A stretch of DNA of 63,629 nucleotides, filler included, from Lenisia limosa (Eukaryota > Protista > Breviatea), in NCBI GenBank assembly GCA_001655205.1. It is 11 parts of 11 records of this genome, joined end to end, with 100 filler letters (N's around TTAATTAATTAA, not from the genome) between each part and the next. Parts side by side here need not be neighbours in the genome. Positions count along the whole stretch, not along the records: positions 1 to 9,108 come from LPNZ01004225.1; positions 9,209 to 11,445 come from LPNZ01010073.1; positions 11,546 to 14,332 come from LPNZ01011022.1; 8 more parts are not named here. One strand, written 5' to 3'. Under the pieces are notes generated by a model. It was not told the DNA's origin, ran no database searches, and saw only the letters and a list, made by a program, of their open reading frames with translations. Both the position numbers and the translations under genes were made by a program. Below are positions 1-11,705 of this stretch, one piece after another (position 1 is the stretch's first letter; each line of letters starts with the position of its first letter).

Positions 1-162
1 GTATGTATGTGTGTGTGTGTGTCTGTATGTGTGTGTCTGTGTCTGTATGTGTGTGTGTGGAGGGGGAGGGAGTATTTTTGTCTTTGTATGGTATTGTTGT
101 CTTTGTATGTTGGAAGGGGGGAGGTTCATCAATCATCACTATCACAATCATCACCGATCAGG

Positions 163-2627
163 TCGTGACTCAAGACCAAAAAGAAGCCAAAGTTTGTCTA
201 GGTACCGGCGTCTTAGACCTGAGTGTAGGCAGGGTGGTAGTCTATATCATTAGCTGAGGAAGGAAAGCAATATTATATATCATATAATATGGTTTATTTT
301 GCCACAATTTGATATGATATGGGTATTTTTTTTTAATTTTGTATCTATTGTCTACTTTCTGTTTGTTTGACCACTTAAGGATGGTGTTTTAGTTCACCAT
401 ATGATGTTGAGCGTGTGCCAGACCACCGTAAATGTTGGGGGTATCTATTTGTAGATTTTTATGAGTTTAAATTTAAAAGCTGTCTTACATTGTGTGTGTG
501 TGGGGGTAATATTGTCTTTTTCTTTTTCTTTTTTCTTTTTTGACATTTTTAGTTTACAACTGAATTCGACTTCTACGTAAAGCCTGGTTTGGGGGATCCA
601 ATCAACCCTTTATTGGCAGCAGCTGTTTTTTTATTATTCTCTCACCTTTTTTTCTTTCATCATTTTTAGAAAGCTTTTGGATGTCAGCGTACCATCAGTT
701 TGCCTTGCCCGACCTCTATCTCGTGTAAGCTGGGGGGTTGGGGGATTACGGTGTTACTGTGTTAGTTTGGGGGAGGGTTCTTGTTTTATGTCTTTTATTT
801 GTGTTTATCATATTGAATGTTCCTGAACTATATCTTCAAACAAGGCTTGGGGGGGGGGGGGGTTNNNNNNNNNNNNNNNNNNNNNNNNNNNNNNNNNNNN
901 NNNNNNNNNNNNNNNNNNNNNNNNNNNNNNNNNNNNNNNNNNNNNNNNNNNNNNNNNNNNNNNNNNNNNNNNNNNNNNNATAGGGCTTCACTTCGGTAAT
1001 TTCTTGATAAATCATCGAAAACTATCGATATTTTATCGGACTTTTTCGAACGGAAGTGAAGCCCAAGTATCACTCCTCCAGAGCCTTCACGTCGGAGCAA
1101 GATCAGCCAGATCCAGATGGCGTAACTCGGGTTCCATGGACCTCTGATGAGTACTTCTTCAGTCTTCGTATGCTGGTATTGCTATTATTGTGTACCTATT
1201 GAGAATGTTACTCTGTTGATGTTTCCAATCGCACTCAGAGGAGGTGGTTTGGTCTCATTTCCACATTGTTTTGTTTTGAATGAGATTATTTTTTTGAATT
1301 TTTATTGACTTTGGCAGAGCGCATCCCCATGAAATTCAATCATAAATCGGGTCTTGACATTTTGCCCCAGCCAAAAGAGGGCATATTCGACCTCACGCCG
1401 CCTTATCCCCCTTATAATCCTTGTTTGAGGGCATTGCTTGTTTCATTCATCCGGAATACTATCGATATTCTGGAAGCTCTACCTTTTTTTTTGGATCTGA
1501 GGGAAGTCCAAGGGACTGTTTCTATTGTTTATTTTTTTGCTCTATTCATTTCATACGCTGGTTATATTGTTTCAAAACAATCTCAAAGAAAAGGAAAAAA
1601 AAGTATGTTTCTGGAATATGCTGAGTGTGTTGAGAGTAATTCTCACATCACGTCACTTCGACTCTCCCTACCCTATCAACACTAAATTTTCAGTATCTAT
1701 CGAGACTTTGTCGAATCTTACAGAGAGTCTTATTCTCCATTAGCACGGCAGCCTGAAATCACACATGTCGTGTTCCACTCCGTCCTTACTATGGGTCTTA
1801 CAGACGATGGAAATGACAACTACACCCCAGGTGCTGTGTCCATGTTGGTGGTGGATACTGTTGATTATGGTGTTATTATGCTAATCATATGATTCTGTAT
1901 GTCGTGTAATATATAATGTGCGTATCATATCATATTATATAATACAGCTACACATATGTACGTACATATAGTAGTATATTTGATCCAAAGACAGAAACAA
2001 CTAATTTCCTAATGCTAATTAGGATATCCGAGCTTCTTGAGTCGACTTACCTAGGTCTTTTCACCTCAGATCGAGTATGTTTGAAGTTATCCTCAACGAC
2101 CACGCAATGCGTCTCATAATAATCACCAGAGTCACATATCCGTGTAGCTTCTTGTACATGAGAAACATAAAGAGCACGCTCTATCATAACACACATTACA
2201 TACATGCTACATGCTCTTTATGTTTCTCATTTTGCTACATATTTGTGTTCTCCTTGAATAGACCTGGTGTCCCAGTTGGGTTATAAATTTGAAAAAACCT
2301 CCTCTTTTTTGTGTTTCCACCCAATATGAGCCCCCCACCACCACATTTTCAGTTGGAGACATTTTTCTTCTCCGAAGTTGCCACAATTTCATGAAACGTA
2401 GTCAGTAATCGCCTAGGTCCGGATATACACAGACGATAAGTCAGTCAATTACCGGAGTTTGAACTTCTTCATCGTCGGTTTTGACATTACGTGGGTCCTG
2501 TTTTGCTGACCTTTTTTGGGGGTATTTTTTTTATATCCTTTATTCCATTTGCTACCTTCTCTTTGATTCACTTGTTTATCAAACCAACCAAAACAGGATT
2601 ATGTTGAATGAGCACGATATTTGATTT
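163..2627 (+). CDS. Hypothetical multi-exon gene fragment (span of putative exons)
   Basis: Short open segments bounded by AG/GT, e.g. AFTSEQDQPDPDGVTRVPWTSDEYFFSL (~1085-1168), ARQPEITHVVFHSVLTMGLTDDGNDNYTP (~1744-1830), ISELLESTYLGLFTSDR (~2024-2074). No family recognised. Confidence 0.4.
981..1066. mobile_element. MITE family A copy (internally deleted)
   Basis: TAGGGCTTCACTTCGG...CGGAAGTGAAGCCCAA; left flank in gap. Confidence 0.85.
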
Positions 2628-2787
2628 TTCCAATATATTTCAACATACTAAAATGAATCAAGAAAAAACTCTTCACCATCCATTAATCCGCTCTCTTCAG
2701 AAAATTTTGCATTGTCACTATATTTTAAAATCCCCTCTCAATAAAATAATATGATTCACTTAAATAAACAATTGAGGTACAGCTTTT

Positions 2788-2988
2788 CCACTCTTGGTGC
2801 GGCCAATGGCAGCACGCCTTGGAATGTCAGTGATAGACAGTAGCAGTTGCGAATGTGGCCAGCGTTAGGGTCTTCTCCACTCTTGATGCGGCCAATGGCA
2901 GCACGCCTTGGAATGTCAGTGATAGACAGTAGCAGTTGCGAATGTGGCCAGCGTTAGGGTCTTCTCCACTCTTGGTGCGGCCAATGGC
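2788..2988. repeat. 89-bp tandem repeat, ~2.25 copies
   Basis: CCACTCTTG(G/A)TGCGGCCAATGGC recurs at 2788, 2877 and 2966; units are near-identical. Confidence 0.95.
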
Positions 2989-3253
2989 TCGCTTGGCCTT
3001 GACAGTGACCCAGCCGTCAACCTCACCACAAAGGGTTTGGAGGACAGACAGGTCAAAGTCTTGGCCAGGGTCCACTTTTACAAATCGCAGGAGGCTCTCT
3101 AAGGTGGTCTTCATCTCCTTGATCTTCAGTGGGGGTCAGTGTGAGCGTGTTGCTTGTGGCCATTTGCTTGGAAAGCGCCGCTAGACTGCCATAGCGCAGG
3201 GATATCTTCAAGTTGAGAGCCCGAGTCACAAAACTGAGAGGGGGCTTTTCCAT
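2827..3253 (-). other. Possible degenerate spliced coding fragment
   Basis: Minus-strand ORF pieces (SLRYGSLAALSKQM; IKEMKTTLESLLRFVKVDPGQDFDLSVLQTLC) with plausible short GT-AG introns; no family recognised. Confidence 0.25.
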
Positions 3254-4397
3254 CTAAAATATGAGAAAGTGAGGGATATAATGGATAGGTGGACATGAGG
3301 GATATATTTACCTGTGATGCAAACTATTGTGATTATGCAAACTTATTAAAGACCATGTATATCTAAACTATATTTTATTGACTAATTCAAGGATGTATGA
3401 TTGTGTCAGCGGGAGGAATGCAATATGATTGTGTTATTGATAATGTGAAAGAAGTGTTAAACATAATGTTATAGTCATATCCAGTGACCGGGTAAGTATT
3501 GGCCTATTTTCCCCAATCACAATCATGTCATCAACATTTCTGGATATAATTATGTAATATTATTAACTTGACATGAATACGACAGAAATTGGATTCAATC
3601 ATATGATCCCTCTGCTATGATCCCTATTAGTATTCAACATACCAGTTTTCAGTTCTCTGACCTTGGCTTTCGATAGTTAGTAACTGGTTTAGTCAGAGAT
3701 TGAGAACAAAACAGTTTAAATTTTCAAATATACATAATATACATAATGATATGTCTTTTCGAGTAACTCAAACTTTTCCACAAAGATTAAGCTCGCGGAA
3801 ACAGCTTGCTTATGATGGTTACCTTTGGCCTCACGCTGAAAGGGTCAAAACACACCAAAACCGCAGTTGCGGGAAAGCTCACGTATTTGACCAGAGACAT
3901 AATAGTTAAGTTGACCCACGCCTTGAAATAATTGAATTACACAAACGTCTAGTTGTAGTTCAACTTCTATCGCACCTGCAATGGACTTTTACAGAGGCCA
4001 CCAATTAGAAATGTGAGGTTCAGCTGATTAGTCACCTTTTTTGGTACCGTATCAAGACATTGTCCCCCAAACCAAATATTTGATGATGTAAAAGGTAAGT
4101 CTGGCGTCGCTGGCCCTAGTTGAGGACAGATCGGAGACGGTTGAGGAGAAGTGGGACAACAATGGAGTCAGCCTATATACATAATCAAAAGTGCAAGTTG
4201 AAATATCTTTAACGAAACTTCTGTTTAAAACCCCTTTCTGGACATCTTAACCGCGTTTTCTGTTTGGCCCTGTTTGGCTTTGTAATCCGGCTGTGGATGG
4301 CTTCGGGTCAAATACTCTTTTTTAATTGTCATTTCTACGCAACACTGATTTATTTTTGTTGTTTAATCTTCCAAATTCACCCCCCCCCTTCCCCCAG

Positions 4398-7300
4398 GGA
4401 TCCAATACCGGTCGTCATGATGCAGGACCAAGTTGTTAATATCCAATTCGAAAGCCCTGTGGATATGGTGTGAAGGGGGAGGCTAAATAGATAAAATTTG
4501 GTATGGTTTCATTGAAAACAATTTACATGACATATGTAACTGCCTTCAAAATTCCTATTGATATATTTAAGACACCAAGTTCAAGGAAATAATCATCACA
4601 AATTCAACCTGCAATGCTATTTTTCACTCCTTCAGACAACCTTCAAGCCTCTTGCCGAGGATTGGAATGGCCCGTACCCTATGAATGTGACTGTTGATGG
4701 TGAAAAGGTTGTGCCCACTTTTGCGGTTTGTGGGATTATAGGGGCAGTGGTCGAAAAGTGCATATCCCTAAATGTACGCCTTTTTGTTCAAAAAGCCCAA
4801 CATCAAATACTCCAACTCGCGAGGGGGATCCGATAACTTCAACTAAGTATATATATATTCATAATATGTCAGCGTATCATATGATATTATGTTTATAATT
4901 GTTGTTTTGACATAATATAGTATAATATACTACATGTACAGTATGCACATGATGTATGATGTGCATTTCTGGTGACGTTTCTCACTTTCCAGGTCTATGG
5001 AGTTCCCGTCAACCCCACACAGTACTCCAAATTGGCGACTTACAAGTCTTTTAATGAACGTTAGGCGGGAGAGAGGGGGGGGGGNNNNNNNNNNNNNNNN
5101 NNNNNNNNNNNNNNNNNNNNNNNNNNNNNNNNNNNNNNNNNNNNNNNNNNNNNNNNNNNNNNNNNNNNNNNNNNNNNNNNNNTTTATCAATCACACATGT
5201 TATAATTGGTAATATTCACGCATGGAAAGCGTAATTCTTGTTCTGACATTCTAGATTCATGGACGTCAGACCTTTTGACTATCAGAGGATTGCAGACCAA
5301 TGGCTTGTATCAAAAAATGGTTTGCTCTTTTTTTGAACAAGAGAAATAGTATACATTAGAAATCTAGGGAAAGTACATTGGGATACCATAAATAAATTAC
5401 CATGTCCGCGCCCACCTCGCCATTTTCTATCCCTGTATCCTTATCCCCCACCCCCTTTTTGAGCTTTTATGTTTCATAAATTTCCAATTTCACCCCCTCA
5501 GTACTACCTGATGATTTGTTTGGAAGGCGAAATCAACCCAAATAACTGCCTGCACGTTGAGCATGAGTACCAGCTCTCTACCATGGCCTATTCGACTCTC
5601 AGAGATAGCCAAATCACGTAAGGAGAGGGGACGGCTGTTGTTGTATTTATAAAAATATTGAAAGAGGTTTTTTTTTATTATTATTATTATTATTATTTAT
5701 TTTTTTGTGCGATTGGTTCCTCAAGGTTAATTTCTTTGATGTGACTATTCAAATGATCATTATTATGTGATGTATTTGATAAAATTGATTAATAATTTTT
5801 TAACACTAGTTCTAAAGACAGACTAATGCGATTTAGACCTACGCCGCCAGGAATCACTTTTGAACCTCAGCCGAAGTTGGATCTCTATTGGCCAAGTGAC
5901 AATGGTGGGATTCTATGCGTTGCAACACGCAACATTGCCGTCATAAAACATGTATTTTCCTCTCATCACTGCTTTTTTCCTCACAGACTATCATGACCTT
6001 ACTTTTTCAACACCTTTACCATACTTCACCCTTATGCCTTCAGGAGGTGCTATCATCATGCAAGCCGAGTATTACATCGAAATCTGGGGCAACAAGGATT
6101 CAGGTTAGTTCTTTCATTCTCTCACGTGTTCCTTGAAGAATTGCAATACAAATCATATGGAATATATTCGCTTTTTTTAATCATTAGTTTCATAAATGTT
6201 CTTTATTTACCCTCTTGCCCCTTGTAGAAGTGCTGATTCCAGGGACTTTCAAAATCAGCAAGGGTGCACTAAACCCTCAGCATTACGTACTCGAGTTTAA
6301 GGACTACGGGTTTATCAAGGAGGCGCCTGCAGGGCTTTACCAACTTGCTGTTTAGTGGGGTGGGGGCAAAAAAANNNNNNNNNNNNNNNNNNNNNNNNNN
6401 NNNNNNNNNNNNNNNNNNNNNNNNNNNNNNNNNNNNNNNNNNNNNNNNNNNNNNNNNNNNNNNNNNNNNNNNNNNNNNNNNNNNNNNNNNNNNNNNNNNN
6501 NNNNNNNNNNNNNNNTCAAGCACTTTTCCCTTTTTCCAAAGCTTGCCTTATTCACAATACCCCTATCCAAAGAGCTCTCTCTGACTAACCTAGCTCGTCC
6601 GTTTTCGATGCTAATATGGCTGTTCCTTTCTCTGTAATGGCCCAGGTGGGGATGGCTTTTTAGTTCGCAGTTTAATGAGGTGTAATCATAGGTGTAAACT
6701 TAAGACTGATTTAGTTCACAGTTTAATGAGAGGTGAGGATTATCATTCCCAAATAGTTAGACGTGAACATATCCTTGTTATTCAAGTTTAGGATTAGGGT
6801 TGGGTTTATCATAAATTGTTCTTTTCCCCTTCCTACTTCAGTAATAGTCCTTCTCCTCCTAATACGCACTCCCTTGGGCTTCACTATGGTTCGAAAAAGA
6901 TAGGTAAATTTTCGATAGTTTTCGAGGATTTATCGAGAAATTGAGCCTTTTTTTGAACCAAAGTGAAGCCCAAGCAGCCCACCTTTATTTTTTACCTTTC
7001 AGGATGTACCGGAAGTATTCCTGAACTTTGAAATGTTCCATACCGGTGAGAGAGGGTCCACAGTTGTCGCCAATATTGTTATTATTATGATCTAAATTAG
7101 TGTATTTTAATGTAGTAGAATTATTAGTATCTGTGGTCGGCTTTGACCAGACAATATTCCCTTTTGTTATTTCTCGTTTCTACATTGTATTTGTCATTGA
7201 AATTCTTCATTTCCACATTACTAGGGCTCCGTGAAATGAATCGTTCGGGGAAATTAATTGAAAAAATTCGAAATTAAAGTGGCTGAAAAGGATACTACAT

Positions 7301-8834
7301 TATTTTCACAGAGCCTTGTACATTACGCTATATTTTTCTACCATCCCCTTCTTTACACAGATTCCCTTCCACTCCATGATCACCTTTACATTTCCATAGA
7401 CACAACCGTTCGAAGTTTCATCATAGGAATGAGTGACGTCGGTATTTACGTTGATGCAGCTCTTGCGGTATGTTGTCAAAGTGAAGTGATTTGTATATTG
7501 TAGTATTAACCAATATCCACTAGTGATATGATAATATGACTTTGGAGTCGAAATCATAACCTGAGACCCAATAGGCGAGATTATTAACATAAATTATGAT
7601 AGTTTGTATCTATCAATATAATGACTTTAATAGTTTATTTGAACAGCTAACGTCCTTTCAGACCGGGGATATTGTGCCTTCGTCACTGGTCGATATTTCG
7701 CTTTCACCGTCCATCCGAAGATCCCCAGTAGGCAAATGGGGGAGGGTACTTTGTTGTATTTTGTCATTGGCTCTCCCCTTTTTCTCTGTGTGTGTTATAA
7801 TTGGAAAGTACTCTTTCCTATTATCGTTTGAAAGGTTGTGCTAAAACTGTAAGGGTTTATATTTGGAATCCAAACTTTCACTATTTATTATCACCACCAT
7901 CATCTTCAGCATCACCAGTATCATATTCATCATTACTATCACCACTACGACTATCATCATCATCGTCAGCGTCATCATCGTCATCATCACCACCATCACA
8001 ACTATTATCATCATCTCCATCATCATCATCATCATCTTAGGGTTGTAACGAATGTATTATTGAGGCCGCATCAGCTGAAAGTTTTGACCTGAGTTCCCTC
8101 AGCGATTCATGTCGGGGGGAGGGGGTTGTACATTTGGGCGGTATAATATACCAGGAACACACTTTTTTTTTTTNNNNNNNNNNNNNNNNNNNNNNNNNNN
8201 NNNNNNNNNNNNNNNNNNNNNNNNNNNNNNNNNNNNNNNNNNNNNNNNNNNNNNNNNNNNNNNNNNNNNNNNNNNTTCTACATATTTATTCCAAATGACT
8301 TTACAATTGATTATTTATAAATCATCTCTAGATCTTTTATATTGCACTGGATTATTTACGGGCTCAGACGACCTGTACACGTTGATGGCCTTCAGCCAGA
8401 GAATCCAGGACCTCTGCAAAGACGTGTGTCAGGAGGCTATTAAGCGTGGGGGAGGCTCTTAATTTGTATGCTTGGGTGGTCATGATGGAGATAGAAGAAA
8501 GGAAGGACAAGGGAAGACAAATTGTTTCCGTGATCGGATCTATTTACCTTTTTTTGTGTTTCCTCTTTCTTTTTTTAAGAAAAACAAACTTGTACCAAGA
8601 CTCAACCCAAAATGTTCGATCCCCCCCCCTTCCCTCCGACCCAATGCAAGGGAAAGTTCGGTTCGAAAAATACAGGTAAAATGTCGATAATTTTCTAAAA
8701 TTTATCAGTCTTTTTTCCGAACCGAAGTGAAGCCCTACTAATGACCCTTCTAGTTGGAGAGTTTCTGACAGTCGACACCCCCTCAATGCTTTCTTCAAGG
8801 GTTCAGTACCCGACGTTCACTTCAGGCACAACTG
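4398..8834 (+). CDS. Hypothetical multi-exon protein (partial)
   Basis: About 14 AG/GT-bounded open segments, e.g. DPIPVVMMQDQVVNIQFESPVDM, TTFKPLAEDWNGPYPMNVTVDGEK, EVLIPGTFKISKGALNPQHYVLEFKDYGFIKEAPAGLYQLA, DDLYTLMAFSQRIQDLCKDVCQEAIK. No family recognised. Confidence 0.55.
6874..6973. mobile_element. MITE family A copy
   Basis: TTGGGCTTCACTATGGTTCGAAAA...TTTTGAACCAAAGTGAAGCCCAA. Confidence 0.9.
7890..8035. repeat. Degenerate (CAT/ATC)n microsatellite; similar tracts at 12176-12214, (GT)n 1-58, (GA)n 18876-18912
   Basis: Direct inspection. Confidence 0.9.
8648..8737. mobile_element. MITE family A copy (left TIR degraded)
   Basis: ...TTCGGTTCGAAAAA...CCGAACCGAAGTGAAGCCCTA. Confidence 0.8.
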
Positions 8835-8970
8835 GTGAGGCTATATCGACACGAGAGGGGGTCACTCTACCTATTCCCACGGTTCCGAATATGTAGATCA
8901 GTTCTGGATATAAATAATATACCGTCCGCAAGATTGATATCATGTTTGCCTCGAAATAATATGCTTTGAT

Positions 8971-9100
8971 GGGGAGGCACACAGAAAGCTGTATGCACAG
9001 GGTTGTTATGCAAATGATTGGTGAATTAATATACTGGGGAGGCACACAGAAAGCTGTGTGCACAGAGTTGTCAGGCAAACGATTGGGTGAATTACTATTA
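8971..9100 (+). repeat. Family C structured repeat, 5' half in two tandem copies (period 65)
   Basis: GGGGAGGCACACAGAAAGCTGT(A/G)TGCACAG(G/A)GTTGT..GCAAA(T/C)GATTGG twice; perfect hairpin GCACACAG-AAAG-CTGTGTGC at 9042-9061. Confidence 0.9.
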
Positions 9101-9152
9101 TACTTTAANNNNNNNNNNNNNNNNNNNNNNNNNNNNNNNNNNNNNNNNNNNN

Positions 9153-9164
9153 TTAATTAATTAA
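9153..9164. other. Artificial contig-join linker TTAATTAATTAA (10 in window)
   Basis: Identical 12-mer with stops in all six frames, embedded in ~44 N each side, starting at 9153, 11490, 14377, 20166, 40655, 45882, 57277, 59460, 60790 and 62294. Confidence 0.97.
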
Positions 9165-9208
9165 NNNNNNNNNNNNNNNNNNNNNNNNNNNNNNNNNNNN
9201 NNNNNNNN

Positions 9209-11364
9209 GGACGTTTCTTCGCTGTTGTAGTCAGCAGGGGAGATACACACAAACATCAGAGTCTTCGCGTTACCACCTATCAAGTTAGTTCAGATATGTG
9301 AAAATGAGACAAGAGAAAAGAGAGAAAAGATTCAGATTTTCAAGATCGAAGGCCCTAGTCAATACTATACCAAGGGCTTCACTTCGTTTCGGAAAATAAC
9401 CGGAAAAATATTGATAGTTTTCGAAGATTTATCGAGAAATTAGGTCATTTTTCGAACCGAAGTGAAGCCCTAATTATACCACTACCCCGGCCCGACCTAG
9501 TGAATCGCTCATGAGCATCGTAAGTTTGTTGTTACGGTAAGGGATAAAGGACTCGCCCGTAGACAGGGCCGAGATGACGTCACCTGAAATAATAAGGGAG
9601 AATGTGGGGTAACACTGGAAAGTGTCTNNNNNNNNNNNNNNNNNNNNNNNNNNNNNNNNNNNNNNNNNNNNNNNNNNNNNNNNNNNNNNNNNNNNNNNNN
9701 NNNNNNNNNNNNNNNNNNNNNNNNNNNNNNNNNNNNNNNNNNNNNNNNNNNNNNNNNNNNNNNNNNNNNNNNNNNNNNNNNNNNNNNNNNNNNNNNNNNN
9801 NNNNNNNNNNNNNNNNNNNNNNNNNTCCCCCACTCCCAAACATATATATAATGCACGCTAACCCCCTCTTTTATATTGTGATTTGACAATTTATATGATA
9901 TGGAGTTTTAGAGTATTCCGAAATTTTGTTCCAAATTCTGTTCGAAGTTTCCTCTATTATACCCCCCCCCCTCCTCCTTCGAATTGTTTTTGCAAAACCC
10001 CCTTAAACCATTCCCTTCACCCCACGCACCAAGGGCTGTCAGAGACTTATTGATGCTCTGGGCCTCCTTCAGAGTCTCAGCCGTGGCCCCGGTTTTACCG
10101 ACTCTTTCCGATCCGGCAAGATCCACGAGAGATAGCTTGCCGGAGGTGAGTTTACCTTGAGGGTGAGGGGTACATAATTTATAATAGTATGAATAGAGCT
10201 TCACTTCGGTTCAAAAAAGACAGGTAAAATATCGAGAGTTCGACGATTCATCGAGAAATTCAGTCTGTTTTCGAAAAGAAGTGGAGCCTTAATTATGAAA
10301 CATAAAAACCATAAGGGGTCAAAGGCGGGTAGGAATGTATAATACAAAACTAAAGGGAAAGCTTGCCAACGCTGATTTTACCTGAATAACAATAATAAGA
10401 TCAAGGGCTCCACTTTGGTTCAAAAAGACAGAAAAAAATATCGATATAACGAAGTTTTATCGAGGAATTAAGTCTTGTTCGAACCGAAGTGAAGCCCTTA
10501 TAATAGCCCCCCTTCCTCTCCCACCAGTGGTCAGATTTTTGACTTCAACCAGGATGCCGAGTACCAAATGTGACCTTGAGCTTTCGGCGTTCATTTTAGT
10601 GCAGGAAACATGCCTGGTTGCGGAGCCGTCAGCAAGCTGCTTTTCTAACTCGTCGGCGCTGTTGCACTTCAGGATCGCTGGGGAAGGTAAAATGGATAAT
10701 TTATGATACAGAAAATAAAATCCCAAAAAAACGAAAACAAAAACAACAACCAAGATCAACTATGTTGGCTGACAACAGACGAGGGTTGACAGCAACAAAC
10801 AAACAAAGTCCAGGCCAGTCGCGTCTGTAGCGCCGCATCCACTCCATCGTACGAATGTCATGAAATAATAACAACACTCCCCCCTCCAACTAGCGCCTTG
10901 GATGTAAACCATGCCTTTGTTGTCCTTCTTAATACTGAGGGCAGTTTCCTTTTCTAAACCGGTGAGCGCGGAAGTATGGAAATTTGTTTATAGTATCCCT
11001 ATGTATATATTTGTTTTTTTATATTTCTTTTGCCTAAAAAAACGATGAGTTTGTTGACCCATTAGAAAAATATATGTATGTACGTGAAATGTAAAGGAGA
11101 AATATGAAAAGAGCTGGTAAGAGGTTCGGAGGTGAGAAGGTTATTTGGTTTTTGCAGTATCTGCTATCCAAATCTCTTCANNNNNNNNNNNNNNNNNNNN
11201 NNNNNNNNNNNNNNNNNNNNNNNNNNNNNNNNNNNNNNNNNNNNNNNNNNNNNNNNNNNNNNNNNNNNNNNNNNNNNNNNNNNNNNNNNNNNNNNTTTGT
11301 CGTTGTAGAGCTCAAGTAGATAAGACGTCACCGTCACACGCTGCGTTGCCTTTTGTTCCTCAAT
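9209..11364 (-). CDS. Kinesin motor domain, kinesin-14/KCBP-like (partial, 6 visible exons)
   Basis: Spliced motifs [98 protein letters not shown]. Confidence 0.93.
9372..9472. mobile_element. MITE family A copy with 8-bp TSD
   Basis: TIRs intact; flanks ACTATACC / ATTATACC. Confidence 0.93.
10194..10291. mobile_element. MITE family A copy with 8-bp TSD
   Basis: Flanks AGTATGAA / ATTATGAA. Confidence 0.92.
10403..10499. mobile_element. MITE family A copy with degenerate 8-bp TSD
   Basis: Flanks ATAAGATC / ATAATAGC; same kinesin intron as the previous copy. Confidence 0.9.
10680..10858 (-). repeat. Family B copy (minus, in minus-strand kinesin intron)
   Basis: Reverse complement of the consensus, ending TTTACCTTCCCCAG at the kinesin acceptor. 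Confidence 0.88.
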
Positions 11365-11705
11365 CTGGGAGGGGGGTGGTAACATTGGAACATTTAAGAA
11401 ACAAAAAGGGGTGAAATAATATTAATAAACAAAAAAAAAAAGGGGNNNNNNNNNNNNNNNNNNNNNNNNNNNNNNNNNNNNNNNNNNNNTTAATTAATTA
11501 ANNNNNNNNNNNNNNNNNNNNNNNNNNNNNNNNNNNNNNNNNNNNTTATACATATTACATATATATATACTATATATATATATATATATATATGACTGAG
11601 AATATACTATATCGATATACTATATAATATATCAGATATAGAATGATTTGTGCTTCTTTACATATTATATTTGATATTCCAACATTTGAAGCTCTCACCC
11701 TGCAG

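Noticed and set aside
7841-8048. Low-complexity ORFs (poly-M/I/S) in the ORF track
   Set aside because: These are translations of a (CAT)n intronic microsatellite; the same applies to 12116-12298, 39078-39354 and the ORFs running through N gaps.
9042-9075. Family C as U6 snRNA (ACAGAG) or a hammerhead/group II intron remnant
   Set aside because: Only the 6-mer matches U6. There is no CTGATGA/GAAA hammerhead core and no domain V consensus.
9209-11364. Kinesin nested inside a strumpellin or upstream gene intron
   Set aside because: It sits on its own contig between two linkers, and the upstream 4.4-8.8 kb exons do not resemble strumpellin.
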